Positions 16,849 through 27,037 of a stretch of 64,000 nucleotides of DNA are shown piece after piece. Under the pieces are notes generated by a model. That model did no database searches and was not told the origin of the DNA. It worked only from the letters and a program-made list of their open reading frames with translations. Both the position numbers and the translations under genes were made by a program. Position 1 is the first letter of the stretch. The number at the start of each line of letters is the position of its first letter. This stretch comes from a virus (Duplodnaviria; Caudoviricetes), in IMG/VR virus record IMGVR_UViG_3300005326_000040, positions 64,001 through 128,000 of that record; one strand, 5' to 3'.

Positions 16849-16876
16849 TGAGGGCGTCATTGAAAGGACAAGAAGA

Positions 16877-17476
16877 ATGATCAAGACAATCAACAGCAAC
16901 ATCGTCAAGTGCTTCGACAGCTTCTGCGTTGGGACCAAGATCAAGAATGTCGAAGCGTTCTTGAGGCTGTTGGAAGCAGCCATCGAGAGTTTCGATTGGT
17001 CGTCCTGTAAGGCACCAGGGCAAGCCAAGATTCCGATGTCCACCGAAGCGTGTCAGCACGTTTACTCGGGGATTGGTTTGAAGACAGAGAACCCCAACGA
17101 TTACGTGATTCGTCAGTGGCGTGGTTCGGTAGCGATGTATCTCAAGAGGGAGCACGCCATTGCTTGTGATTCAGTGAAGGTCATTGTGTATACGAAGCAG
17201 GCGTATCTCGATGACCCGGATTGCAAGGGGAATCCTGAGAAGGGAATTATCGGGGACGAAGAGGAATACAATCGGGTAAGTCAGTCCGATTGTACACACG
17301 TTCTGATAGCGGTTCAGGCGGACGCTGGTCCGGAGAGTCCAGTTGCACCGGGGCGGTTCGTAGCGAACCTAGCCGGTGCGAACAATGAGTACGAGGCCAA
17401 AACCGCCGAGCAGCTTCAACAATTGGCGAGAGAGATTCGCGACTACTATGCGACGTATATGGTGGTTGCGGACTGA
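16877..17476 (+). CDS. Hypothetical protein (weak recalled resemblance to DUF3228)
   Basis: AAAGGA SD; VIVYTKQ...ESPVAPGRFVANLAG; CDS is solid, family call is weak. Confidence 0.7.
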   Translation: MIKTINSNIVKCFDSFCVGTKIKNVEAFLRLLEAAIESFDWSSCKAPGQAKIPMSTEACQHVYSGIGLKTENPNDYVIRQWRGSVAMYLKREHAIACDSVKVIVYTKQAYLDDPDCKGNPEKGIIGDEEEYNRVSQSDCTHVLIAVQADAGPESPVAPGRFVANLAGANNEYEAKTAEQLQQLAREIRDYYATYMVVAD

Positions 17477-17552
17477 CAAGTAACTTCTCGTTGGTTGTTT
17501 GAAGGGTAATTACCGGGAGATAATGTAATGAAGATTGGAATCTGAGCAGTAA

Positions 17553-17640
17553 GGCCCGCTGGTGGAAATGGTGAGACACACAGGATTTAAAATCCTGCGG
17601 CCGAAAGGTCATAAGGGTTCGACTCCCTTGCGGGCTACCA
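17553..17640 (+). tRNA. trnL: tRNA-Leu, anticodon TAA
   Basis: GGCCCGC/GCGGGCT acceptor, CAGGA-TTTAAAA-TCCTG anticodon arm, long variable arm, AAGGG-TTCGACT-CCCTT, ACCA end. Confidence 0.95.
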
Positions 17641-17660
17641 ATGGTTTGAAGGAGGTTTTT

Positions 17661-18017
17661 ATGGGGCGAAAGAAGAAGACGAAGGCTGATTACGAGGAGC
17701 TACCGTTTAGACTGGGTAATTCTAGACGCCTTCAAGTAGATGGAGTAGTAAAGAAGATGGCGCCTGGAAGATTGGACGAATGGAGGTGGGACCAATATGG
17801 TCGGTCGATAAAGGGGTTGGAATATTTTAACTTGCTTCATCAGGTTTGGGGTAGGATTGAAAGAATAACTCCAGTCCTTCACGTAGTCTACATATTCAAA
17901 GATGAAGTTACGTGGGGACGGCGAGAGTGTTGGGTAAAGCTGAAGAATGGTAAGATGGTAGAGTGGTCGAAGAAGGCGATAAGCTGGAAAGAATATCGCG
18001 AGACGCAGTATCGGTAG
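17661..18017 (+). CDS. Basic Trp-rich hypothetical protein
   Basis: AAGGAGG SD, ATG 17661. Confidence 0.8.
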   Translation: MGRKKKTKADYEELPFRLGNSRRLQVDGVVKKMAPGRLDEWRWDQYGRSIKGLEYFNLLHQVWGRIERITPVLHVVYIFKDEVTWGRRECWVKLKNGKMVEWSKKAISWKEYRETQYR

Positions 18018-18026
18018 TGATTGATG

Positions 18027-18105
18027 GGGCGATAAGGTATATGGGGATATCTATTAGAATGTAATAGATATCTTTTAGAAGGTTCAAATCCTTCTAGGCC
18101 CGCCA
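18027..18105 (+). ncRNA. Degenerate tRNA-like RNA, anticodon arm replaced by a perfect 11-bp hairpin, ends GCCA
   Basis: GATATCTATTA-gaatg-TAATAGATATC; AGAAGG-TTCAAAT-CCTTCT; GGGC/GCCC short acceptor. Confidence 0.6.
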
Positions 18106-18134
18106 ACGAATTGGGATTTGAAAGGAACGATGAG

Positions 18135-18476
18135 ATGCCGGTTCACAAGTGGAGTGAAATCAAGAATAAAATGGCGCCAGAACGTCAGGAGAGACTTCGC
18201 GCCGAAACTGACAAGCTGCTCACTGAGATTGAGAACAAGGTAACGGTGTGCAGTTTGCGTGAACTGCGTGAGATGGTTGGCAAGACTCAAGCTGAGGTTG
18301 GCAGCAGTCTTGGAATGACTCAATCTCAAGTCTCCAAGCTCGAACGGCGCAAGGACCATCTTCTTTCAACGATTCGGCGTTATGTTGAAGCGTTGGGAGG
18401 CGAGCTTCAAGTGAGTGTGATTATTGAGGGGAAAAGAATAACGTTGGTTGGAGGACAAAAGCTTCATCGAGAGTGA
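18135..18476 (+). CDS. XRE-family HTH protein, HigA antitoxin-like, no adjacent toxin
   Basis: WSEIKNKMAPERQER...LRELRE..GKTQAEVGSSLGMTQSQVSKLERR.DHLLSTIRRYVEALGGELQV. Confidence 0.85.
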   Translation: MPVHKWSEIKNKMAPERQERLRAETDKLLTEIENKVTVCSLRELREMVGKTQAEVGSSLGMTQSQVSKLERRKDHLLSTIRRYVEALGGELQVSVIIEGKRITLVGGQKLHRE

Positions 18477-18497
18477 AGCTTTGAAAGGAAAGCTGAG

Positions 18498-19758
18498 ATG
18501 CCGGTACAGATTACATACAAGGCGGCGCAGATTCTCGCTGAAGCAGAAAAGGTGAATCTGGAAGACGCGATTCAACTCAACCAATATGGGGCGTTGTTTC
18601 GATGTCAGGAGGGAACGGAGGTAGGCAGGACTCTTGGGGAGGAGGGGCCGAAGTATTACATATGGGGGTCTAAGCCAAGGATTCCTCAGGGGCCGGGAGG
18701 GGTTGAGGGGGACGTTCAGGAGACGCTCAAGCGGCTGAAGGAAACCATCATTGGTTTGGTTCAAGTTGCCGTACCAGCATTGATGAAGCTGGCTGTAGCA
18801 AAGGATAGGGTTACGCTTCTCGACGCAATTGGTTTTGATCAAGATGAAAAAGCCAAGGCTGTGAAGGCTAGATTGGAAAAGGAGATTCAAGACCTTCAGA
18901 CTGAAGTGACGGCTTTGTTGTACAGCATGTAGGAGGAGAGATGAGAAAAATCTTCTTGCTCCTCTTTGATACTGGGGATTACGAAGACCGTGAATCAGTC
19001 CCAGTCAAAGCCTTTGTGGATGAAACAAAGGTTCAGGCTTTGAGGGACAGCCTCAATAATAAGTTGGCTGAAAAGAACCTGTATCTTCAAGGAGATGAGG
19101 ATAACGCCGTCATTTTCAGCGGAACCAACGCAATGGCTCTTGAAAAGGAGCTTAAGGACATTTACAGCATTGATGTAAGAATCTACAGCACAGGAGGATA
19201 CTTCAGCGTAACTCATATACAGTTGGACGAAAGTTAGGATAGCGGCTAGGATAACATTCCGGATCAACAACGATTTCCAGTATTGAAAGGCAGGATTACC
19301 ATGGCATTTACATTCGGAACTCTCGCTTCCAAGTTGGCTCCCTCGGCTGAAACCAAGAAGCTTTCGGCGACGCAGCAGCGGAAGATGATTGCTGCTGAGA
19401 TTGGGGAGAAGGTGAAGGGTGCTGGGAATCCTCAGCTGATGTTGGAGATTGTGGTTCGGCACATCAATAACCTTCATCGTCGAGACCTTGGGTACGTAGA
19501 CATGAAGAACCCGGCCCATATGGAAAGGGTGGCGGACTTCGTGGCGGCGTGTTTGAGGGTGAAGTAATGAAAGTCATTCAGATTTCGGAACAACAACTGG
19601 ACTTGTTGTTCGAGACGGCGCTAGCCACCATCACGAATCACATCCTTCGGGGGAAGGAAAGGACAGCAGACTTTACTGGACAGAACGAACTTGATTCTGC
19701 TCAGCGTAACATTCACTATCACATGACAATGTTGAAGGAAGCTGTGAAGACTGGATAA
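18498..19758 (+). other. Four hypothetical CDSs
   Basis: 18498-18932, 18941-19237, 19301-19567, 19567-19758. Confidence 0.75.
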
Positions 19759-19770
19759 TCTCACCGAGCG

Positions 19771-19847
19771 AGGTAGAGTAAATGGGAACACAAGGCCCGA
19801 CCAATCATTCGATTGGGGTGAAGGTTCGAATCCTTCTCTATCTTCTA
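19771..19847 (+). ncRNA. Anticodon-less tRNA-like RNA 1 (loop ATTC, end T-CTA)
   Basis: AGGTAGA/TCTATCT; CCAATC-ATTC-GATTGG; GAAGG-TTCGAAT-CCTTC; D-arm atypical. Confidence 0.75.
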
Positions 19848-19863
19848 ATGAAAGGGGTTTGAA

Positions 19864-20160
19864 ATGCTAGTTGTAACGACACAATCGGGGCGATACATAG
19901 TGTTTGATGTCACTGAGTATCGACCTGGGATTCCTGTTCCACCAATCTATAACTTCTTCGCGGAGGGAGGAAAGAAACCTTTCTTCTATGAACCGCTTGA
20001 TTGGTTTCTTCGCGGTGAGAGGCCGTATCCGCCGCCATACAGCGCCTATCCGATGATGTTTTCCGAAGGATATGCGACGCAGGACGAGGCGCTGAGAGCG
20101 GCGGAAAAAACGGAAGCAATGAGAGATAGTTTGAGAGCAAAACTCTCTAGAAGGGAGTAA
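19864..20160 (+). CDS. Hypothetical protein, paralog of 21958-22218
   Basis: SGR.(I/V).FD...(F/W)F(Y/F).P.DW...GYA...EAL.AAE. Confidence 0.85.
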   Translation: MLVVTTQSGRYIVFDVTEYRPGIPVPPIYNFFAEGGKKPFFYEPLDWFLRGERPYPPPYSAYPMMFSEGYATQDEALRAAEKTEAMRDSLRAKLSRRE

Positions 20161-20164
20161 GGTT

Positions 20165-21940
20165 ATGGCAAAGTACGAACCATACAGTCATGTTGTTTTC
20201 TTCCAGCGCAACGGCGATTCTGTGGAAACGTTGGCAGCTGGGTCCATCGACCCCGAAACCAACGAAATCAAAGACTTCACGATTACATACTTTGAAGATG
20301 GGAAACCGTTTCCCGCTACGAAGTATGAAGTCATCTTGGCGAAGGAATACTTCGTCGATGGTTTCCACGGAATGATGGCGCAGTTGGAGGAAGAGGATAA
20401 GCTCAGTTACGTATTGAGCTTTGCGACGGGGAGATATGAAGAACGGGAAACGAGCCCGGTTCTTGTAGTTTTTGGAAAGAAGTGCGCGTACAAACTGGTG
20501 ACCGATCTCAACAACAAGTTGGTAGAGGCTCGTCTGCACGAGGAAGAGGGGGACTTTAGGTATAGCGAAAAAGGTGCGGATGACTTCGCTGCGGCGGTCG
20601 AAAAGGAATACGGAATCACCATCACGTTCGCAAGCAATTATGGTGGTGCTTTCGATGTTACCTTGGTCCCGACGACGCTCAACATGCAAGGCCGAATTGA
20701 ACGAGCCAAGGCAGAAGCGCTGAGGGATGCGGCGGCTCTCGTGTTTGTTTGTAAGGATCGTTCTCCTGTTGAGTTGCGAGAGAAGATTATCGAGTTGATT
20801 CCGCCGTCACAATTGGACAAATGTTCCAAGTGTCATGGCAAGAGGGGCGGCGTACCCGGCAACGAAAACGTTGAAGATAGTGGGCTGCTTGTTTGCGACT
20901 ATTGCTCATAGAAAGAGTGAAGCCATGAATTCAAAGAATCAAGTGTCATCACCTTCTCGCACATACGTTGCGGTATGTAACAAGCCGAACTTCGACGGGC
21001 ACTACTTCAGGAAGTTCGATCTTCCAGAGAGCGTGCTCAATGGAATGCAATTGAATGATGGAACCTATATGGAAGGTTCTCATTCGTTCATTCTTCGCAA
21101 CAATACGGAGGATGCGTCTTGGTACTTCTTGAGCTTCCTCAATCGTGTTGCTTGCATTGATTGCGTCATCACTTGGGAGGATTATAACTCCCTGGAGAAC
21201 CAGGACGAACTCAACGCGAAGATAGAGGAAGAGTGGGCGAAGACGGGCAGTTGAAGGGAGAAGTGATGGGCAGACAAGTTCACACCATGCACCTTATCAA
21301 TTCCCTGGAAGAGTTGTTGTCTTGGGCGGGAGTTGATAAGTGGGAAACAGAAGAAGAGCGAGTCAAACATCGGAGGTTCTGGACGATTCGTTGGAACAGA
21401 CACGCTGAGAAACATGGGAATGTTCCCATGAAGATGAAGTGTGACGTATGCTCTGGAAAGGAGCGCAAGAACGATATCAAACACGGGAGGTTCAAGCCTT
21501 CTCAGCCGGATAAGGCATTGAGGAAAGAAAGAAAGGGAGAAGAGTAATGCCGCTAACAATCAACGATATGATTGCTCTGCTTGTGCGGATGAAGTCAGAG
21601 TCTCCGAAGGGAGGGAACACTGAGGTCTGTGTTCTTTTGCCTCACGAAGGGTACAAAGGGGTTACGGATGTGATGGCAGACAGGGACAATAATGGGGTTC
21701 CTGTGGTGCTTTTGATTGTTGGCGGGGAGTTGAGATAGTATGGGAAAGGATTCAAAAGAGTTCACTGTCGTCTATGACGATGTGGTTTTGCGTGACGATG
21801 AGACCATTGAGATTCACGCAAAACCTGGGACGGGATTGGTGTGCGGCGCTGCCAACGATTGCACAAGATTGAAAGGGCACAAAGGAAAACACGCTAATCT
21901 TTACAACGGGAGAAGGTGGGGAGGATATATTAGTTACTAA
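20165..21940 (+). other. Five hypothetical CDSs
   Basis: 20165-20911 (C-terminal CxxC..CxxC), 20925-21254, 21266-21547, 21547-21738, 21740-21940. Confidence 0.75.
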
Positions 21941-21957
21941 GGAGCGTAGGAATTAAA

Positions 21958-22218
21958 ATGAAAACCAAGAGCGGTCGGCATGTCATTTTCGACGCAACTT
22001 CCCCCGAGTTCTTGAAGGGGCAGTTGTTGTCCAAAGACTTTGTGGATGCGGCTCCGAATGGGGAGCCGTGGTTCTTCCAACCTGCTGATTGGAACGAGGA
22101 AAACTTCTGGGGAGGATTGTACAGCAGGAAGTCTCCTTTCGCTTATTCTCCTGGGTATGCTTCTGCGGAAGAAGCATTGGAGGCGGCTGAGGGTTGGGAG
22201 AGCAGGAGAAAATCATGA
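21958..22218 (+). CDS. Hypothetical protein, paralog of 19864-20160
   Basis: Shared motifs. Confidence 0.85.
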   Translation: MKTKSGRHVIFDATSPEFLKGQLLSKDFVDAAPNGEPWFFQPADWNEENFWGGLYSRKSPFAYSPGYASAEEALEAAEGWESRRKS

Positions 22219-22526
22219 GCAACGGTCGAGCGATGGTTTTGATTGATGGAGTTCACAAGTGGGTGGACTCTGACTTCCTGCGCTTGATTGAGGGGCAGGA
22301 CAGTCGCGTAGAGTATCTAGGGGGAACGAAGAGTGGGGAGGAGGGATGCATCGAAGTGATTGGGGAGAATGTGTACTTCAGCGCATTCCCCGACAACGAT
22401 AGCGGACAGACCAACCTTCAGGCTTTCATCAAGCCTCTCTCGGAAAAGGAGAAGGCGTTGGTGGAAGCTGGGGTTGAGTGTTCGCCCAAAGAGGTTCAGG
22501 AACTAAGGAGCTACTGGGTACTATGA
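22215..22526 (+). CDS. Hypothetical protein, paralog of 12727-13038
   Basis: GEEGCIEV motif. Confidence 0.85.
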   Translation: MSNGRAMVLIDGVHKWVDSDFLRLIEGQDSRVEYLGGTKSGEEGCIEVIGENVYFSAFPDNDSGQTNLQAFIKPLSEKEKALVEAGVECSPKEVQELRSYWVL

Positions 22527-23326
22527 GTCCATATGCAGGCTGTCAAGGGCAAAGCATAGGAAGAGTGCTTCACTTTCTCTACCATTACTGTGGACTTCTC
22601 GTTGCTGAATATGCAGAAATCGGAGACCGTGAAGTAAAGTATAATGGCAAGAAGATCGCCTTCTTTTACTTCAGGGGAGACGTTCCGATATTCGAGTTCG
22701 TCAACCCAGATTACAATGAAGTACAGTCGTTCAAGCGAGACGAGGCGATTCGAGATGGGGCGCCTCGGATTCCTGAAGGCACGAGAGAGGCTGTAAAGGA
22801 AGCGATTCTGGCATTCTGTAAGATTGGGGATGCCAACTATCTGGAATATCCAACCAGCCACGTTGCTGCAAGAAGCATCTCCAAGGCAGCAAGTGTTCTT
22901 GAGACGTGGTTCGACGGAAACCTCAGGAACATGCCGAAAGAAGACTATCTCCGCGCAATCGAACTCGGGGTGAAAGCCATGAGGGAGATTGAGTCAATCA
23001 GACCCAAATAGGAGGGTAGCAGAATGAAGTTGAACACAACGAAGAAGTATTGGTTCAAGGATCCCAAGACGAAGGAGGTAGATGTGCCATTGGCAGAATT
23101 GATTGTGCAGTTGACGGACAAGATTCTGCCATTCACGTCGGAGTTGACGATCAACAACTTCTCGGCGGAAACGGCAGAAATCAGGTTGACTCAGGTCAAC
23201 GGGTTCTTCTGCAAGAGAACCTTCACCATCACCGGGACACCCGAGGAAATCAAGCTCCTCGGGGAAACGATTCAGGTGTATACGCGGCGGCATCCCCTTC
23301 TCAAGAAGGAGGGGCGGCGGCGATGA
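22523..23326 (+). other. Two hypothetical CDSs
   Basis: 22523-23011, 23024-23326. Confidence 0.75.
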
Positions 23327-23469
23327 GTCGAAAGATTCTTTCCAGTGACCTTTACTGGCCGCCCAGTAATCTTCACTGGTACGGCGGCTACTACTATCGG
23401 TGAATAAAAACATGAGCCAAAGAATCGAGAACGGTCCAAACATAAGCTAGGTGAACGGGGAATACTGGA

Positions 23470-23823
23470 ATGGTTCTAGCCCCGCTTCACCGCTTATACA
23501 GAGGACCATTGGAAAAGAACAAGAAGCGTGGAAACCGCCGCTCTCAGAGTGAAACCATCGTAGCCCGCCGCCATCACAGTCACAAGAGGGACAATGATAG
23601 AATTGTTCAGAACTGCTGGGGCGGTAGGGAACAGTATCTTGCGAAAATCGTGATTCCTCCCAGAGGAGAATGTTCACCGAACATCTACCGAAAGTGGAAT
23701 GGTACTTGTGATTGTTGTCATTGTAAGTGGAATCAAGTATGGGATCACGAGGAAGTAAAGCGCGAGAGAGCGGCAGGAAAGGAAGAAGTTCTGAAAGGGC
23801 TTCTTGAATACATGGGCAATTAG
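23470..23823 (+). CDS. Basic hypothetical protein with CxCCxC
   Basis: ORF track; start lies in a hairpin loop. Confidence 0.65.
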   Translation: MVLAPLHRLYRGPLEKNKKRGNRRSQSETIVARRHHSHKRDNDRIVQNCWGGREQYLAKIVIPPRGECSPNIYRKWNGTCDCCHCKWNQVWDHEEVKRERAAGKEEVLKGLLEYMGN

Positions 23824-23932
23824 TAAACCGCAGGAGGCGCCATGAGAATTCTGACGAAGATGTAGCGATTAGGCTTAGTTAGTTCCTGCTCTTTAGGCTC
23901 ACCGAATCACTGCTAGAAAAAGTCAATACAAA

Positions 23933-24006
23933 TGGCAAGTAGCTCAATTGGATAGAGCGTCAGCGTTCGCTGAAGGTTATAGGTTCAAATCCTATCTTGC
24001 CTACTA
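23933..24006 (+). ncRNA. Anticodon-less tRNA-like RNA 2 (loop GTTC, end A-CTA)
   Basis: TGGCAAG/CTTGCCT; TA; GCTC-AATTGGATA-GAGC; TCAGC-GTTC-GCTGA; ATAGG-TTCAAAT-CCTAT. Confidence 0.9.
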
Positions 24007-24101
24007 GGAAAGGAGGAAGCAATGTACAGAATTGAATTTATCTAGGTGGATGAATCTTTTGGGTGGTCCTTGGGTTCACTCCACCGGAAGCAGGAAAAAC
24101 C

Positions 24102-24374
24102 ATGCGATACGGACTGCATATCGAGTTGAGCGATACGGTAATCGAGCAGACTGAAACCCACACGAGATGTTCTTCCTGGCACAATATCCACAAGAACTGC
24201 AAGAGTCTGGAGGAAGCAGACGAGATTTGCTACAAGATTCTCTCTACGTTCTCTAAGGGTTTCGGAAGGGATGAGTATGTGTCATTCAACCAAGAAAGGA
24301 GAAGCTTCTATACCTTCCGAGAAGGTGGCTCGATTGTTGGTGTAGCCAACTGCCGTGTTACGACCCTGAATTGA
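24102..24374 (+). CDS. Hypothetical protein
   Basis: GCAGGA SD. Confidence 0.75.
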   Translation: MRYGLHIELSDTVIEQTETHTRCSSWHNIHKNCKSLEEADEICYKILSTFSKGFGRDEYVSFNQERRSFYTFREGGSIVGVANCRVTTLN

Positions 24375-24387
24375 AAACCCGCCCAAA

Positions 24388-24457
24388 AGATAAGTAGCTC
24401 AATGGTAGAGCGCCAGCATTCGCTGGGGTGCAGGTTCGAGCCCTGCCTTATCTTCTA
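24388..24457 (+). ncRNA. Anticodon-less tRNA-like RNA 3 (loop ATTC, end T-CTA)
   Basis: AGATAAG/CTTATCT; TA; GCTC-AATGGTA-GAGC; CCAGC-ATTC-GCTGG; GCAGG-TTCGAGC-CCTGC. Confidence 0.9.
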
Positions 24458-24464
24458 AGGAGGA

Positions 24465-26973
24465 ATGGTCATGAGTATATCTCTCAGGTTTAGTCAGGTG
24501 GTTTTGTTTGCCAATCAGATTGGAATAGACCCAAAGCAACGAATCCAAAGCCTCGCAATTGAAAGCGGGCTGTTGGCGGGTACTCTATTCAAAACGTTGG
24601 ATGGTGCCTATCTTACATACAGGTATTACCCTGAGACCAAGAGTACAGAATGGTTCTTAGTGACGAAAGGTATGAATGTTGATCAGGTGAAGAAGAACCT
24701 GAGAAAGCTGGAAGCAGATCGGCTTGAAATCCTGATGGAGCACGCTCGTCAAGTTGATTCTGATTGGATCAACCTTAACGCCATTCGAGATAACAGGCGC
24801 AAGATGTGTTCCGCTCCATTCAAAATCGAAGTACAAGAACATGAACACGAGGTGTTTTTGGAGAAACGAGCAGGAGAAATTAACGCCGAGATTGCGGAGC
24901 TATTGCACTGTTTGATCGAGGGGTGAGAGCCATGGGAAAGAAAGCCGAATTCGTTTTTGTCAACATCTTCAACACATATCAAGAGTACGGAGGGCCGGAA
25001 GAAGGGGGATGGTATTACACAGTGGGGCACTGTATCAAGAGTGTTCGGTGCATCAAAGGTGGGCCTGGGCATAAGGCCACGCTCGATTGGGCGAAGAAGA
25101 CGTACGACAACAACAAGCGACTGTCGCGTTATGATTCGTCCAATCGCTACATGATCAAGATTCAGAATCATCGCGGGATTGATTTCCCGCAGCGTACTCC
25201 TCACTACGAGTAAAGTATCATGAAGAAAATGTATCGTTTGGTTCAGGTTACCTTCGACATGAAGGAGATTGACACCAAGACGGCAGTTCATCGAAAGGAG
25301 TTGGTGGTATTCGAGACTGACGACCAGAAGACTGGGCCAGAAAAGATGCGGGATTTCATTGCGTTGTTGCCTCCTCCTATCTTGTATCTGGGGCGTGATA
25401 ACAACGTCTACCCGCAGTTCCTAGTCGAATACTTCACAATTTCATCAGCGCACACTGAGAGGTAATCATTCATGATTGACCTTGGGCCAGAAATACCGAG
25501 CGATGAGTTGGTTGATAACTCAGCCGACATTGAAACAATAGTCGAACCAACGCACATGCTGATGGAGATTAGCAATCTGACTACAACCAAGGGAAGAACT
25601 CTTGGGATGTTGTTGGAGATTGATATCTTCACCGGCTTGAAGCGAATGATGCCGTTCAGTGGCTCGCCGTCTAAAAGGGATGGCGTCACTGGATTTGAGT
25701 TACAGCTTCTTGGGAAGATTGCAAGGGAGATGTTTCCCAAGATGAAGATGCTGATGTTTGTTGAATTGATGAAACTTCCGACAGATTAGAGGAAATCATG
25801 AAGAATATGCTTCATTACATCTGGTGCTTGTTGATGTCGGTTGGATATCAATTCTTCGTTTGGTATCAATGGATTGCGAGTTATCCAGCCAGAAGGCGCG
25901 AGCGTCTTTGGTTTGATAGGAAGAAGGTCCTTCCTAAGGAGATTTACAATGTTCATGGTTGACGTGCATTACAAGCCCGTTGGCATTCATGCTCCCAAGA
26001 TTGAGCGAAAGGAGTTTGAGAAGATTGAAGGGGCGATTCGATATCAGGAATCGTTTTGGGATCAACCTGGGGTTGCTCGGGTTGTGATTCTTCTCAAGAC
26101 GGCTGACAGACTGTTTGTGTTGGTTCCTGGGAACCTTTTCGAGAAGGTTCTTCCGATGCTGATGTAGGAGGTATGAAATGAATCCTTGGCGAGACACGGT
26201 GTTGGTTTGTTCTTGTCCGCCAGAAAGAAAGAAGGTGCAAAAGAAGGGCTTGCCTTCTGGCCCGAAAGCGAATCGACTCTGGAAGGGGCGGCGCGGAAGA
26301 TAGGGGAAATTATGGCAACGAGAATGCGGGTTGCAGCGTTCAGGCTAGCCGTGAAGCAAATCAAGGCGATTTTGCCTTTGCTTTCGGAAAAAGAAGTTCA
26401 AGCAATCTCGAAAGAGCTTAGCGATGAAGCTCATGGGGAGAACCAGTTCATCAGGGTTTCCAAGTCGAGGGTTATTCATCGGCTTTCTCCGGTAGAGATG
26501 GCTGACCATTACGTCATTCAGCTGTGTCTGGAGACGGAAAAGAAACTCGAACCTGAGAAGAAGAAGCGCTAGGTCTGGGCAACTGACTCTAAGGTAGGTA
26601 GGAAAACATCATGGCAAACAATACCGAAATCGTCATCATTCGTCGTCGTCCGGTCATCAACGCTGGCGTTCCTACGGAGCGAACGGTAGCGAACAAGACG
26701 ACATTCGTGTCATATACGGAGCGAAACGAAGAAGCTCCGGTTCGTCGCAATCCGCCGGAGAAGAAGCAGGAGTTGCCGATTCTCGATGAGCGAGAGATGT
26801 CTCTCTCGGCGGCAACGTTTCTTCGGCACTTGATTGAGGATGACGGCGGGTACGCGACGATCATCACAGAGTTCAACGCTGGAAAGAAGGAGTATACAAT
26901 CCGGCTTCATCGGGTTGGGAAGACGTACAAGAGCTTGAGTACGGCAGTGCTCAAGGGAATGACCACGCTGTAA
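24465..26973 (+). other. Seven hypothetical CDSs
   Basis: 24465-24926, 24923-25213, 25220-25465, 25472-25789, about 25949-26167, 26186-26572, 26611-26973. Confidence 0.75.
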
Positions 26974-27037
26974 GGTTGAATTGGGAGCACAAGGGAGGTG
27001 ACTACCCTTGTGCTTTACGATAGATTGGAAACATACA

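Larger units (their letters stand above)
23323..24085 (+). other. Cluster of mini-ORFs, each containing or followed by a hairpin, around CDS 23470-23823
   Basis: 23323-23403 (26 aa), 23412-23450 (12 aa), 23842-23865 (7 aa), 24022-24045 (7 aa). Confidence 0.5.

Noticed and set aside
24044-24085. Another tRNA-like element (GGTGGA...TTCACTCCACC)
   Set aside because: Folds as a single hairpin with no separate T-arm or D-arm; treated as part of the mini-ORF finding.
23842-24100. TAG stop-codon reassignment or readthrough
   Set aside because: Reading through the mini-ORF TAGs gives only short frames, many genes end in TAG right before a hairpin or the next SD, and no CTA-anticodon tRNA is present (the CTA in the mimics is at the 3' end).
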